A stretch of DNA of 64,000 nt, taken from positions 12,003-76,002 of the forward strand of contig NZ_DATKDZ010000022.1 in NCBI RefSeq assembly GCF_035512415.1, in the 5' to 3' direction. Source of the DNA: Pseudomonas sp. (GTDB taxonomy: Bacteria; Pseudomonadota; Gammaproteobacteria; Pseudomonadales; Pseudomonadaceae). The position numbers and the translations under genes were made by a program. Shown one piece after another: positions 27,155 through 37,083 of this stretch. Each line of letters opens with the position of its first letter. The stretch's first letter is position 1. The notes beneath the pieces are model-generated. The model saw only the letters and a list, made by a program, of their open reading frames with translations, made no database searches and was not told where the DNA came from.

Positions 27155-28606
27155 TCAGCCCTTCTTTGTCAGCGCTTCCAGACAGCGCCCAGTCAGCTGA
27201 GTAAAGCGCTGGAAGGCAACGAACTGTTCGTGCTTCAGAGCCCGTCCGGAAACCCGGCCATCGGCATATATCACCCCGATTTCGCGCTTGCCGGCCAACA
27301 GCGGGGCAATAAAGAACATGCCTTGGCCCAACCGCTGGCGGATCGGCTGGGTCACCAATTCGGCGAGGTTATAACTAGCCGGCACGCCCATCCACAGGGC
27401 CTCCTTGTGGCGCAGCACATAACTGAAGATATGCTGCTGCTCGGGCTGTTCGACCGGCAGGACAAAATCGTTCAGGCCTTTTTCCGTGGCCTCGCCCACC
27501 ACCCGCTTGGCCCGGAAGCAGCTCTGCCCGTCAGCCAGCACCACCAACATCACCCGCTCCAGCCCGGCCCCCTGATGCAGGCCCCTGAGCAGGGTGTCGA
27601 GAATATTGCCCACCTCGCCGCGCTGCACCGCCATCTGCCCCAGGTCCTGCAGGGCTTGCTGCAATACCAGCAGATTGGGCTGTAACAGGCTGGCCTTGCG
27701 CTGTTCCTGCTGCAGACGAATCTGCTCCGGGTCGGTATTGGGAATCAGCTTGCCGAGTTCGCTGGCCCCGAAGGTTGCGGCCACCTTGACCGCCTCGTCG
27801 GCACTGGCCAGCACCTGCTGCATGGCCTCCTCGGGAGTAACCCCGGTCAGGCTCGCCATCTCGTCGAGCAGTTTTTCCATGGCCACCGAGTCCCAGCCCT
27901 GCAAGGCAGCCTCGCTGATCCGCGCACCCAAGCTGACCGCACGCACGGCGGGGTCGTTATGGTTGGCACTGTTTTGCGCCAAGCCGACAATGCCACCCAG
28001 GTTCCAGCTTTTCACCAGGCCCTGGGTCAGGTGGCGAAAGCTGGTTCCGAGCACCGCCATGACCGCCTCGTCGGCATCCACGCCGGGCTGGGCCAGGGCG
28101 CTGGCCAGCTCGTCGGCCTGGTCATCGGCGCAGCCCCAGAACGCCAGCTCGCCGATGTTATGCAGCAGGGCGGCGACGAAGACTTCTTCCTCATGCCTGG
28201 ACAGCACGTAACCGGCGATGTTGCGGGCCTGCACGGCGGCATGAAAGGAGCGCGCCAGCAGTTCCTGCAACTGATGCCGCGAGGCACTGCCCAACAGGCC
28301 ATCGATCAGACTCACCGACAGGCCGATCTGGCGCACGTTATCGAAGCCGATCAGCACAATCGCGCGGGAAATGGTGCGAATGGTTTCCTGGGACGGGTTG
28401 TAATAGACGCTGTTGCCGATGCGCAGCACCTTGGAGGTCAAGGAGGCATCGCGTAACAACACATCGGCCAGCTGCTGGACCGAAGACTTGCCGTTCTGGG
28501 TCAATCGATGCAAGTCCTGCACCACCGCCGCGAGGGCGGGCAATTCAGCTTGGTTAAATCGTTCAATCCATGAATGCATACCATGGCTATGTGTACCCAA
28601 GATCAT
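27155..28606 (-). CDS. HDOD domain plus C-terminal GAF-like domain signalling protein
   Basis: HDOD pattern (LPALAAVVQDLHRL...LADVLLRDASLTSKVLRIGNSVYY...AALLHNIGELAFW). The C-terminal half resembles GAF (VMLVVL...FIAPLLAGKREIGVIYADG). No output domain is visible. The start (28606 or 28579) is uncertain. Confidence 0.7.
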   Translation of the reverse strand: MILGTHSHGMHSWIERFNQAELPALAAVVQDLHRLTQNGKSSVQQLADVLLRDASLTSKVLRIGNSVYYNPSQETIRTISRAIVLIGFDNVRQIGLSVSLIDGLLGSASRHQLQELLARSFHAAVQARNIAGYVLSRHEEEVFVAALLHNIGELAFWGCADDQADELASALAQPGVDADEAVMAVLGTSFRHLTQGLVKSWNLGGIVGLAQNSANHNDPAVRAVSLGARISEAALQGWDSVAMEKLLDEMASLTGVTPEEAMQQVLASADEAVKVAATFGASELGKLIPNTDPEQIRLQQEQRKASLLQPNLLVLQQALQDLGQMAVQRGEVGNILDTLLRGLHQGAGLERVMLVVLADGQSCFRAKRVVGEATEKGLNDFVLPVEQPEQQHIFSYVLRHKEALWMGVPASYNLAELVTQPIRQRLGQGMFFIAPLLAGKREIGVIYADGRVSGRALKHEQFVAFQRFTQLTGRCLEALTKKG

Positions 28607-28737
28607 TGCCTCGCAGTTATTGGGGGTAGTGTAGTCAAACTGTTACTCACTGGCTGACCTGCTCTTTTTCCAGCGGATACAAGCTGTTACTGTACCTGAC
28701 CAGCAGCCCATAAGACGCCACGGATCGGATATTTCAC

Positions 28738-30570
28738 TTGATACGTCCCCTCCTCTCGCTGTTCCTCTGCCTGGCCATCAGCTTTCCGGCCTGGTCGACT
28801 CTTCGCGAAAGTCACGGCTACGCCCAATTCGGGGTACTCAAGTACCCCGCCAGCTTTACCCACTTCGACTGGGTAAACCCCGAAGCCCCCAAGGGCGGCA
28901 CCCTGCGGATCATGGCTTCAGGCAGCTTCGACACCCTGAATCCCTATACCTTCAAGGGCAGCAGCCCCGTCGCCACCGCCAACTTTCTGCAATACGGGGT
29001 CAATGAATACAATGCCCCGCTGATGGTGGGTACTGGCGCGTACGACCCCTCGGGCGATGAACCCACCTCCAGTTATGGCTTGATTGCCCGCTCGGTCGAG
29101 TACAGCGAGGACCGCAGCTGGGTGGTATTCAACCTGCGCCCCGAGGCCCGCTTCCACGATGGCAAGCCCATTACCGCCTATGACGTGGCCTTCTCCTACA
29201 AGCTGCTGCTCAAGGACGGCCACCCGCAGTACCGCACCAACCTGCAGGAAGTCCAGCGCGTCGACATTCTCAATCGGCACAGCGTGCGCTTCGTCTTCAA
29301 GCGTGCCGGTAATCCGCTGCTGATCCTGCGCCTGGGCGAGCTGCCGGTGCTGCCGCAACATTACTGGCAGGATCGCGACTTCAAGGCCACCACCTACGAA
29401 CCGCCGCTGGGCAGCGGGCCCTACCGCATCACCAAGGTCAGCCCAGGGCGCAGCCTGACCTTCGAGCGGGTCAAAGACTGGTGGGGCACGCAACTGCCGG
29501 TCAACCGCGGCAAATACAATTTCGACCGAGTTGAAGTGGAGTTCTATCGCGACAGCCATGTCGCCTTCGAAGCCTTCAAGGCTGGCGAGTTCGACGTCTA
29601 TATCGAGCAGCAGGCGAAGAACTGGGCCAGCGGCTACCGCTTCCCTGCCCTGGCTCGCGGTGAAGTGATCAAGGCGGAAATTCCCCACCAGATCCCCACC
29701 CAGACCCAGGCACTGTTTATGAACACCCGGCGCAGCGTGTTCAGCGACGTCAGGGTGCGCGAGGCCATGGGCCTGATGTTCGATTTCGAATGGGCCAACC
29801 GCGCGCTGTTCAACAGCTCCTATACCCGCGCCAAGAGCTACTACCCCAACAGCGAGTTCTCCGCCAGCGGCAAACCGGAAGGGGCCGAATGGCTGCTGCT
29901 TTCGCCGCACCGCAAGCAATTACCGCCGCGCCTGTTTAGCGAACCCTTCACGATGCCGCAAACCGATGGCCGCGGTATCCCCCGGGAAACCTTGCGCCGC
30001 GCCTTGGGTCTATTGGCCGACGCCGGCTGGAAACCTTCAGGGCAACGCCTGCTCAATAGTCAGGGCGAGCCTCTGCGCTTCGAGATACTGCTGGTCAATC
30101 CCAACCTCGAGCGCATTCTCCAGCCCTTTACCGAAAACCTTGCCAGCATCGGTATCCAGGCCAGCCTGCGCACCGTTGACCGCGCCCAGTACAAGCAACG
30201 CCTTGATCAATTCGACTTTGACATGATCCTTCTGACCCTGCCGCAGACCCTCAGCCCTGGCCTGGAACAATCGCTGTACTTCCACTCCAGCCAGGCCAGC
30301 CTCAAAGGTGGCAGGAACTATGCAGGCGTCAGCCACCCGGTCGTGGACAGCCTGATCGACCGCCTGCTCTCGGCGCAGACGCGCGACGAGCAGGTTGCCG
30401 CGACCCGCGCCCTCGACCGCGTGTTGCTCTGGCAGCATTACAGCATCCCGAACTGGTATATCGATTATCACCGCCTGGCATATCGCAACCGATTTGCCTT
30501 TGTCGCCACACCGCCCTACACCCTGGGGCTACGGACCTGGTGGCTGAAGTCCATGGAGAACGCTAAATGA
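28738..30570 (+). CDS. ABC transporter substrate-binding protein, family 5 (YejA-like), copy 1
   Basis: TTG start, signal peptide (LSLFLCLAISFPAWS), 610 aa SBP_bac_5 architecture. It is a paralogue of the next gene. Confidence 0.85.
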   Translation: MIRPLLSLFLCLAISFPAWSTLRESHGYAQFGVLKYPASFTHFDWVNPEAPKGGTLRIMASGSFDTLNPYTFKGSSPVATANFLQYGVNEYNAPLMVGTGAYDPSGDEPTSSYGLIARSVEYSEDRSWVVFNLRPEARFHDGKPITAYDVAFSYKLLLKDGHPQYRTNLQEVQRVDILNRHSVRFVFKRAGNPLLILRLGELPVLPQHYWQDRDFKATTYEPPLGSGPYRITKVSPGRSLTFERVKDWWGTQLPVNRGKYNFDRVEVEFYRDSHVAFEAFKAGEFDVYIEQQAKNWASGYRFPALARGEVIKAEIPHQIPTQTQALFMNTRRSVFSDVRVREAMGLMFDFEWANRALFNSSYTRAKSYYPNSEFSASGKPEGAEWLLLSPHRKQLPPRLFSEPFTMPQTDGRGIPRETLRRALGLLADAGWKPSGQRLLNSQGEPLRFEILLVNPNLERILQPFTENLASIGIQASLRTVDRAQYKQRLDQFDFDMILLTLPQTLSPGLEQSLYFHSSQASLKGGRNYAGVSHPVVDSLIDRLLSAQTRDEQVAATRALDRVLLWQHYSIPNWYIDYHRLAYRNRFAFVATPPYTLGLRTWWLKSMENAK

Positions 30571-32411
30571 CCCATGCGTTGCGCGCCTTACTCGTCCACG
30601 GTAGCGGCATTGCCCTGCTCAGCCTTGCCGGCCTGGCCCTGGCCGGCCCCAAACACGCCCAGACCCTGTACGACGAGCCCCCCAAGTACCCAGCCAATTT
30701 CCAGCACTTCGATTACGTAAACCCCGACGCGCCCAAGGGCGGTAGCTTACGCCAGGCCGGTTTCGGTGGTTTCGACAGCCTCAACCCCTTTATCAACAAG
30801 GGGGTGGCCGCCGACGATCTCGGCCTGATCTACGACACCCTGACCCATCACAGCCTGGACGAACCCTTTACCGAGTACGGCCTGCTCGCGGAAAAGATCG
30901 AGAAGGCCCCAGACAACGCCTGGGTGCGTTTTTATCTGCGCCCCGAGGCACGTTTCCACGATGGCCAGCCGGTCACCGCCGAAGACGTCAAGTTCACCTT
31001 CGAAACCCTGATGAGCAAAGGTGCCCCCACCTACCGCGGCTACTATGCCGATGTCGATCGGGTCGAAATCGAGGGGCCACTCAAGGTTCGCTTTGTCTTC
31101 AAGCACGCCGGCAACCGCGAACTGCCGCTGATTGTCGGTCAGTTGCCGGTGCTGCCCAAGCACTGGTGGGCCGAGCGCGATTTCAGCAAGAGCAATCTGG
31201 AAATCCCCCTGGGCAGCGGCCCCTACCGGGTCGCAGACGTACAAGCCGGCCGCTCGATTCGCTACGAGCGAGTCAAGGACTGGTGGGCCAATGGCCTGCC
31301 AGTCAGCCGCGGCTTCTACAACTTCGACACCCGCCGGATCGATTACTACCGCGATAACACCGTGGCCCTGGAAGCCCTGAAGGCCGGCCAGTTCGACTAT
31401 TGGCTGGAAACCAGCGCGAAGAACTGGGCCACCGCCTACAACATCGGCGCGGTCGCCAACGGCCAGCTGATCAAGGAAGAAATCGCCAACCACAACCCCA
31501 CGGGCATGCAGGGCTTTATCTACAACACCCGCCGCCCGTTGTTCCAGGACCGCCGCGTACGTGAGGCCCTCGGCCTGCTGTTCGATTTCCAATGGGCCAA
31601 CCGCCAGCTGTTCAATGGTGCCTACACCCGTACCCGCAGCTATTTCGACAACTCCGAACTGGCCTCCGTCGGCCTGCCCAGCCCAGGCGAGCTAAAGCTG
31701 CTTGAGCCGCTGCGTGAACAGATTCCGCCGCAGGTCTTTACCGACGAATACCAGCCGCCGGTCACCGACGGCAGCGGCATCATTCGCGAACAGCAGCGCC
31801 GCGCCTATCAGCTGCTGCAGGAAGCCGGCTGGCGCATCGAAGGCGACCAGATGCTGGACGCCGAAGGTAAGGCCGTCAGCTTCGAGTTCCTCCTCGCCCA
31901 GACCGAGTTCGAGCGCGTACTGCTGCCGTTCAAACGCAACCTGGCGGACCTGGGCATCGACCTGGTGATCCGCCGGGTCGATGTCTCCCAGTACATAAAC
32001 CGCCTGCGTTCGCGTGACTTCGACCTGATTGTCAGCGGTTTCGGCCAGTCCAACTCCCCCGGCAACGAGCAGCGTGAGTACTGGCACTCCAGCAGCGCCG
32101 ACAACCCCGGCAGTCGCAACTTTATCGGCCTGAAGGACCCGGCCGTGGATCAGCTGGTCGAAGGCCTGATCAAAGCCGACTCGCGGCAAAGCCTGATCGA
32201 GCATACCCGCGCCCTGGATCGCGTCTTGCTCTGGGGCCACTACGTGATCCCCAACTGGCATATCAAGACCTGGCGCGTGGCCTACTGGAATCGCTTCGAG
32301 CACCCGAAAGTCACCCCGCAGTACGATATCGGCCTGAACACCTGGTGGGTCCGCCCACAGGCACCCGAAGCGCAGCCAGAACCGGCTGCCTCCCCGACGG
32401 CGGAGCAATAA
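30567..32411 (+). CDS. ABC transporter substrate-binding protein, family 5 (YejA-like), copy 2
   Basis: 614 aa and collinear with copy 1 (for example [30 protein letters not shown]). ATGA start/stop overlap with copy 1. Confidence 0.85.
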   Translation: MTHALRALLVHGSGIALLSLAGLALAGPKHAQTLYDEPPKYPANFQHFDYVNPDAPKGGSLRQAGFGGFDSLNPFINKGVAADDLGLIYDTLTHHSLDEPFTEYGLLAEKIEKAPDNAWVRFYLRPEARFHDGQPVTAEDVKFTFETLMSKGAPTYRGYYADVDRVEIEGPLKVRFVFKHAGNRELPLIVGQLPVLPKHWWAERDFSKSNLEIPLGSGPYRVADVQAGRSIRYERVKDWWANGLPVSRGFYNFDTRRIDYYRDNTVALEALKAGQFDYWLETSAKNWATAYNIGAVANGQLIKEEIANHNPTGMQGFIYNTRRPLFQDRRVREALGLLFDFQWANRQLFNGAYTRTRSYFDNSELASVGLPSPGELKLLEPLREQIPPQVFTDEYQPPVTDGSGIIREQQRRAYQLLQEAGWRIEGDQMLDAEGKAVSFEFLLAQTEFERVLLPFKRNLADLGIDLVIRRVDVSQYINRLRSRDFDLIVSGFGQSNSPGNEQREYWHSSSADNPGSRNFIGLKDPAVDQLVEGLIKADSRQSLIEHTRALDRVLLWGHYVIPNWHIKTWRVAYWNRFEHPKVTPQYDIGLNTWWVRPQAPEAQPEPAASPTAEQ

Positions 32412-32412
32412 G

Positions 32413-33486
32413 ATGCTGGCGTATATCTTCCGTCGCCTGCTGCTGATCATCCCCACCCTGTTCGGCATTCTGCTGATCAACTTCATCATCATCCAGGCCG
32501 CTCCCGGCGGCCCGGTCGAGCAGATGATCGCCAAGCTGGAAGGCTTTGAAGGTGCCACCAGCCGCATCGCCGGCGGAGGTGCCGAGGTCTCGGTGGCCGG
32601 CTCCAACTACCGTGGTGCTCAGGGTCTGGACCCCGAGCTGGTGGCGGAAATCGAGCGCATGTACGGCTTCGACAAGCCGGCCCCGGAACGCTTCTGGCTG
32701 ATGCTGAAAAGCTATGCCCAGCTCGATTTCGGCTCGAGCTTCTTCCGCGATGCCGAGGTCATCGACCTGATCATCGAGAAGATGCCGGTGTCGATCTCCC
32801 TGGGGCTATGGAGCACCCTGATCATGTACCTGGTGTCGATCCCCCTGGGGATCGCCAAGGCCACCCGGCATGGCAGCGCCTTCGACGTCTGGACCAGTTC
32901 AGCAATCATCGTCGGCTACGCCATCCCGGCCTTCCTGTTCGCCATTCTGCTGATCGTGCTGTTCGCCGGCGGTAGCTATTTCGACTGGTTCCCGCTGCGC
33001 GGGCTGACCTCGAACAACTTCGACGAGCTGAGTTTTAGCGGCAAGCTGCTCGACTACTTCTGGCACCTGGCGCTGCCCGTCACCGCCTTGGTCATCGGCA
33101 ACTTTGCCACCCTGACCCTGCTGACCAAGAACAGCTTCCTCGACGAGATCAACAAACAGTACGTGACCACCGCCCGGGCCAAGGGCCTGACCAACAACGG
33201 CGTGCTCTACGGCCATGTATTCCGCAACGCCATGCTGATCATCATCGCCGGCTTCCCCTCGGCCTTTATCGGTATTTTCTTCACCGGCTCCCTGCTTATC
33301 GAGGTGATCTTCTCCCTCGACGGCCTCGGCCTGATGAGCTTCGAGGCGGCGATCAACCGCGATTATCCGGTGGTGTTCGGCACCCTGTTTATCTTCACCT
33401 TGCTCGGGCTGGTAGTGAAATTGATTGGCGACATTACCTACACCCTGGTCGATCCGCGTATCGACTTCGAAAGTCGGGAGAGTTGA
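32413..33486 (+). CDS. yejB: ABC transporter permease (YejB-like)
   Basis: DppB/OppB-type permease ([24 protein letters not shown]). Size and order match yejABEF. Confidence 0.8.
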   Translation: MLAYIFRRLLLIIPTLFGILLINFIIIQAAPGGPVEQMIAKLEGFEGATSRIAGGGAEVSVAGSNYRGAQGLDPELVAEIERMYGFDKPAPERFWLMLKSYAQLDFGSSFFRDAEVIDLIIEKMPVSISLGLWSTLIMYLVSIPLGIAKATRHGSAFDVWTSSAIIVGYAIPAFLFAILLIVLFAGGSYFDWFPLRGLTSNNFDELSFSGKLLDYFWHLALPVTALVIGNFATLTLLTKNSFLDEINKQYVTTARAKGLTNNGVLYGHVFRNAMLIIIAGFPSAFIGIFFTGSLLIEVIFSLDGLGLMSFEAAINRDYPVVFGTLFIFTLLGLVVKLIGDITYTLVDPRIDFESRES

Positions 33487-33487
33487 G

Positions 33488-34507
33488 ATGAAACTGTCCC
33501 CTATCAACCAGCGACGCTTCCAACTGTTCAAGGCCCACAAGCGCGGCTGGTGGTCGCTGTGGATCTTTCTTGCGCTGTTCTTCGTCACCCTGGGTGCCGA
33601 ACTGATCGCCAACGACAAACCGCTGGTCGTGCAGTACGACGGCGAACTGTATTTCCCGGTGCTCAAACGCTACCCGGAAACCACCTTTGGCGGCGAATTC
33701 CCGCTCCAGGCCAACTACAAGAGCCCCTATATCCGCGAACTGATCGAACAGAAAGACGGCTGGATGCTCTGGCCGCCGATTCCCTACAGCTACTCCAGCA
33801 TCAACTACGACCTGCAGGTGCCGGCCCCCGCGCCGCCGTCCGCAGAGAACTGGCTGGGCACCGACGACCAGGGCCGCGACGTATTAGCCCGGGTGATCTA
33901 CGGCTTTCGCATCTCGGTGCTGTTCGCCCTGATCCTGACCCTGGCAAGCTCGGTGATCGGCGTTTTCGCCGGCGCCCTGCAGGGGTTCTACGGTGGCTGG
34001 GTCGATCTGGCCGGACAACGCTTTCTGGAAATCTGGTCCGGCCTGCCGGTGCTCTACCTGCTGATCATTCTGGCCAGCTTTGTACAGCCGAATTTCTGGT
34101 GGTTGCTGGGCATCATGCTGCTGTTCTCCTGGATGAGCCTGGTGGATGTGGTGCGCGCCGAGTTCCTGCGTGGACGCAACCTGGAATACGTGCGCGCCGC
34201 CCGTGCTCTGGGCATGGAAAACGGCGCGATCATGTTCCGCCATATCCTGCCCAACGCCATGGTCTCAACCATGACCTTTATGCCCTTTATCCTCACTGGC
34301 GCGATCGGCACCCTGACCGCTCTGGACTTCCTTGGCTTTGGCCTGCCGCCGGGCGCGCCGTCCCTGGGCGAGCTGGTGGCCCAGGGCAAATCCAACCTGC
34401 AGGCCCCTTGGCTGGGGATCAGCGCCTTTGCGGTCCTGGCCCTGATGCTGAGTTTGCTGGTGTTTATCGGCGAAGCGGCGCGCGACGCCTTCGACCCGAG
34501 GAAATAA
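33488..34507 (+). CDS. yejE: ABC transporter permease (YejE-like)
   Basis: DppC/OppC-type permease. The start is at MKLSPINQRRF (ATG 33488), 2 nt after the yejB stop. Confidence 0.8.
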   Translation: MKLSPINQRRFQLFKAHKRGWWSLWIFLALFFVTLGAELIANDKPLVVQYDGELYFPVLKRYPETTFGGEFPLQANYKSPYIRELIEQKDGWMLWPPIPYSYSSINYDLQVPAPAPPSAENWLGTDDQGRDVLARVIYGFRISVLFALILTLASSVIGVFAGALQGFYGGWVDLAGQRFLEIWSGLPVLYLLIILASFVQPNFWWLLGIMLLFSWMSLVDVVRAEFLRGRNLEYVRAARALGMENGAIMFRHILPNAMVSTMTFMPFILTGAIGTLTALDFLGFGLPPGAPSLGELVAQGKSNLQAPWLGISAFAVLALMLSLLVFIGEAARDAFDPRK

Positions 34508-34508
34508 G

Positions 34509-36116
34509 ATGACCGAATCGAACAACCTCATCGAAGTGCGCGACCTGGCCGTCGAGTTCGTCACCGGCAACAGCAGGCAGCGCGTGGTGGAGGCGGTCAG
34601 CTTCGATATCAAGCGCGGCGAAACCCTGGCTCTGGTCGGCGAAAGCGGCTCGGGCAAGTCGGTCACCGCCCACTCGATCCTGCGTCTGCTGCCCTACCCG
34701 CTAGCCCAGCATCCGAGCGGCAGCATTCATTACGCAGGGCAAGACCTGCTCAAGCTGAACGAGAACAAACTGCGCGGGATTCGCGGCAACCGCATCGCCA
34801 TGGTCTTTCAGGAACCCATGACCTCGCTCAACCCGCTGCACAGCATCGAGAAGCAGATCAACGAGGTGCTGGCCCTGCACAAGGGCCTGAGCGGCAAGGC
34901 CGCCACCGCCCGCACCCTGGAGCTGCTCGACCTGGTGGGCATCCCCGAACCGCACAAGCGCCTCAAGGCCTACCCCCACGAGCTCTCCGGCGGTCAACGG
35001 CAACGCGTGGTGATCGCTATGGCCCTGGCCAACGAGCCGGAACTGCTGATCGCCGACGAGCCCACCACCGCCCTGGACGTGACCGTACAACTGAAGATCC
35101 TCGAACTGCTCAAGGACCTGCAGAGCAAACTGGGGATGGCCATCCTGCTGATCAGCCATGACCTCAACCTGGTCAGGCGCATTGCCCATCGCGTCTGCGT
35201 GATGCAGCGCGGCCACATCGTCGAACAGGCCAGCTGCCAGACCCTGTTCCACTCCCCGCAACACCCCTATACCCGCGAACTGCTGGGCGCGGAGCCCAGT
35301 GGCGGCCCCGTTGACCTGCCCCCGGGCAAGACCATGCTCGAAGTCGAGAACCTGCGCGTCTGGTTTCCGATCAAGAAAGGCTTGCTGCGCCGCACGGTCG
35401 ACCACGTCAAGGCTGTGGACGGGATCAACTTCAGCCTGCCCCAGGGCCAGACCCTGGGCATCGTCGGCGAAAGCGGCTCGGGCAAGTCCACCCTCGGCCT
35501 GGCGATCCTGCGCCTGCTCGGCAGCCAGGGCGGCATACGCTTTCAGGGGCAGGCCCTGGACGGCCTGTCGCAGCATGAAGTACGGCCGCTACGCCGGCAG
35601 ATGCAGGTGGTCTTTCAGGACCCCTTTGGCAGCCTCAGCCCGCGCATGTCGGTCGGCCAGATTGTCGGCGAGGGTTTGCAGATTCACCGCATGGGCAGCG
35701 AAGCCGAGCAGGAACAGGCAATTATCGACGCCCTGGTGGAAGTGGGCCTGGACCCGGACACCCGCCATCGCTACCCCCACGAGTTCTCCGGCGGGCAGCG
35801 TCAGCGGATTGCCATCGCCCGCGCCCTGGTGCTGAAACCGGCGCTGATCCTGCTGGATGAGCCAACCTCGGCCCTCGACCGCACCGTGCAGCGCCAGGTG
35901 GTTGAGCTGCTACGCTCGCTGCAGGCCAAATACAACCTGACCTACCTGTTTATCAGCCACGACCTGGCGGTGGTCAGGGCCCTGAGCCACCAGGTCATGG
36001 TGGTCAAACAGGGCAAAGTGGTGGAACAAGGCCCGGCGGCACGTGTCTTTGCCGCGCCACAGGACATCTATACACAGCAGTTGCTGGAAGCGGCCTTTAT
36101 GGTCCCAGCTGACTAA
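34509..36116 (+). CDS. yejF: ABC transporter ATP-binding protein with two fused ATPase domains (YejF-like)
   Basis: Two Walker A motifs (GESGSGKS twice) and two signatures ([16 protein letters not shown]); 535 aa. Confidence 0.9.
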   Translation: MTESNNLIEVRDLAVEFVTGNSRQRVVEAVSFDIKRGETLALVGESGSGKSVTAHSILRLLPYPLAQHPSGSIHYAGQDLLKLNENKLRGIRGNRIAMVFQEPMTSLNPLHSIEKQINEVLALHKGLSGKAATARTLELLDLVGIPEPHKRLKAYPHELSGGQRQRVVIAMALANEPELLIADEPTTALDVTVQLKILELLKDLQSKLGMAILLISHDLNLVRRIAHRVCVMQRGHIVEQASCQTLFHSPQHPYTRELLGAEPSGGPVDLPPGKTMLEVENLRVWFPIKKGLLRRTVDHVKAVDGINFSLPQGQTLGIVGESGSGKSTLGLAILRLLGSQGGIRFQGQALDGLSQHEVRPLRRQMQVVFQDPFGSLSPRMSVGQIVGEGLQIHRMGSEAEQEQAIIDALVEVGLDPDTRHRYPHEFSGGQRQRIAIARALVLKPALILLDEPTSALDRTVQRQVVELLRSLQAKYNLTYLFISHDLAVVRALSHQVMVVKQGKVVEQGPAARVFAAPQDIYTQQLLEAAFMVPAD

Positions 36117-36146
36117 TTCTTGTAGACAGGAAGAGGAACAACACCC

Positions 36147-36941
36147 ATGGGTTTTCTAAGCGGCAAGCGCGTACTGATCGTTGGCGTCGCCAGCAAACTG
36201 TCCATCGCCTCCGGCATCGCGGCAGCCATGCACCGTGAAGGTGCCGAACTGGCCTTCACCTACCAGAACGAAAAGCTCAAAGGCCGTGTCGAAGGCTTTG
36301 CCGCTGATTGGGGCTCAGGCCCTGAGCTGTGCTTCCCTTGCGATGTGGCCAACGATGAGGAAATCGCCTCGGTATTCGAAGCCCTGAGCAAGAAGTGGGA
36401 CGGCCTGGACTGCATCGTTCACTCTGTTGGTTTCGCCCCGGGCGACCAGCTGGATGGTGACTTCACCGACGTCACCACCCGCGAAGGCTTCCGTATCGCC
36501 CACGACATCAGCGCCTACAGCTTCGTCGCCCTGGCCAAAGCCGGCCGCGAGATGATGAAGGGCCGTAACGGCAGCCTGCTGACCCTTTCCTACCTGGGTG
36601 CCGAGCGCACCATGCCCAACTACAACGTCATGGGCATGGCCAAGGCCAGCCTGGAAGCCGGTGTACGCTACCTGGCCGGCAGCCTCGGCCCAGAAGGCAC
36701 CCGCGTCAACGCCATCTCCGCCGGCCCTATTCGCACCCTGGCCGCCTCCGGCATCAAGAGCTTCCGCAAGATGCTCGCCGCCAACGAGAAGCAGACCCCG
36801 CTGCGCCGTAACGTCACCATCGACGAAGTCGGCAACGCCGGGGCCTTCCTCTGCTCCGACCTGGCCTCGGGCGTCAGCGGTGAGATCATGTACGTCGACG
36901 GCGGCTTCAACACCACCGCCATGGGCGCCATGGAAGAGTAA
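36147..36941 (+). CDS. fabI: enoyl-[acyl-carrier-protein] reductase (NADH)
   Basis: [16 protein letters not shown]..., catalytic [12 protein letters not shown]; 264 aa. Confidence 0.95.
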   Translation: MGFLSGKRVLIVGVASKLSIASGIAAAMHREGAELAFTYQNEKLKGRVEGFAADWGSGPELCFPCDVANDEEIASVFEALSKKWDGLDCIVHSVGFAPGDQLDGDFTDVTTREGFRIAHDISAYSFVALAKAGREMMKGRNGSLLTLSYLGAERTMPNYNVMGMAKASLEAGVRYLAGSLGPEGTRVNAISAGPIRTLAASGIKSFRKMLAANEKQTPLRRNVTIDEVGNAGAFLCSDLASGVSGEIMYVDGGFNTTAMGAMEE

Positions 36942-36960
36942 GCAGTTAAATCGCAGCAAT

Positions 36961-36992
36961 AAAAAAGGCCGCTTAGTTAAGCGGCCTTTTTT
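36961..36992 (+). terminator. Intrinsic terminator AAAAAAGGCCGC-TTAGTTAA-GCGGCCTTTTTT
   Basis: GC stem flanked by A- and T-tracts, 20 nt after the fabI stop. Confidence 0.9.
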
Positions 36993-36999
36993 ATGCGTT

Positions 37000-37070
37000 G
37001 CCATCCATGGCACTCACCCTTCGGGCCGTCGCTGCGCGACGTTAGAAATAGCTCCCTGCCATTTCTTTAT
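37000..37070 (+). repeat. Structured extragenic repeat, diverged copy C
   Basis: GCCATCCATGGCACTCACCCTTCGGGCCGTCGCTGCGCGACGTTAGAAATAGCTCCCTGCCATTTCTT aligns base-for-base with copies A2 and B. The CGTCGC/GCGACG stem is retained. Confidence 0.75.
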
Positions 37071-37083
37071 TCAACGCTATCGA

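Noticed and set aside
28640-28720. CTGT-containing motifs (CTGTTACTCAC and CTGTTACTGTACCTG) examined as possible LexA/SOS boxes upstream of the ABC importer
   Set aside because: Neither fits the CTG-N10-CAG spacing of gammaproteobacterial LexA boxes. They are only a short direct repeat of uncertain meaning.
33550-34512. 320-aa alternative-frame ORF within the yejE permease gene
   Set aside because: It is on the same strand but out of frame. The product is an Arg/Pro/Gly-rich string typical of off-frame translation of GC-rich DNA. The in-frame product is a clear DppC/OppC-type permease.
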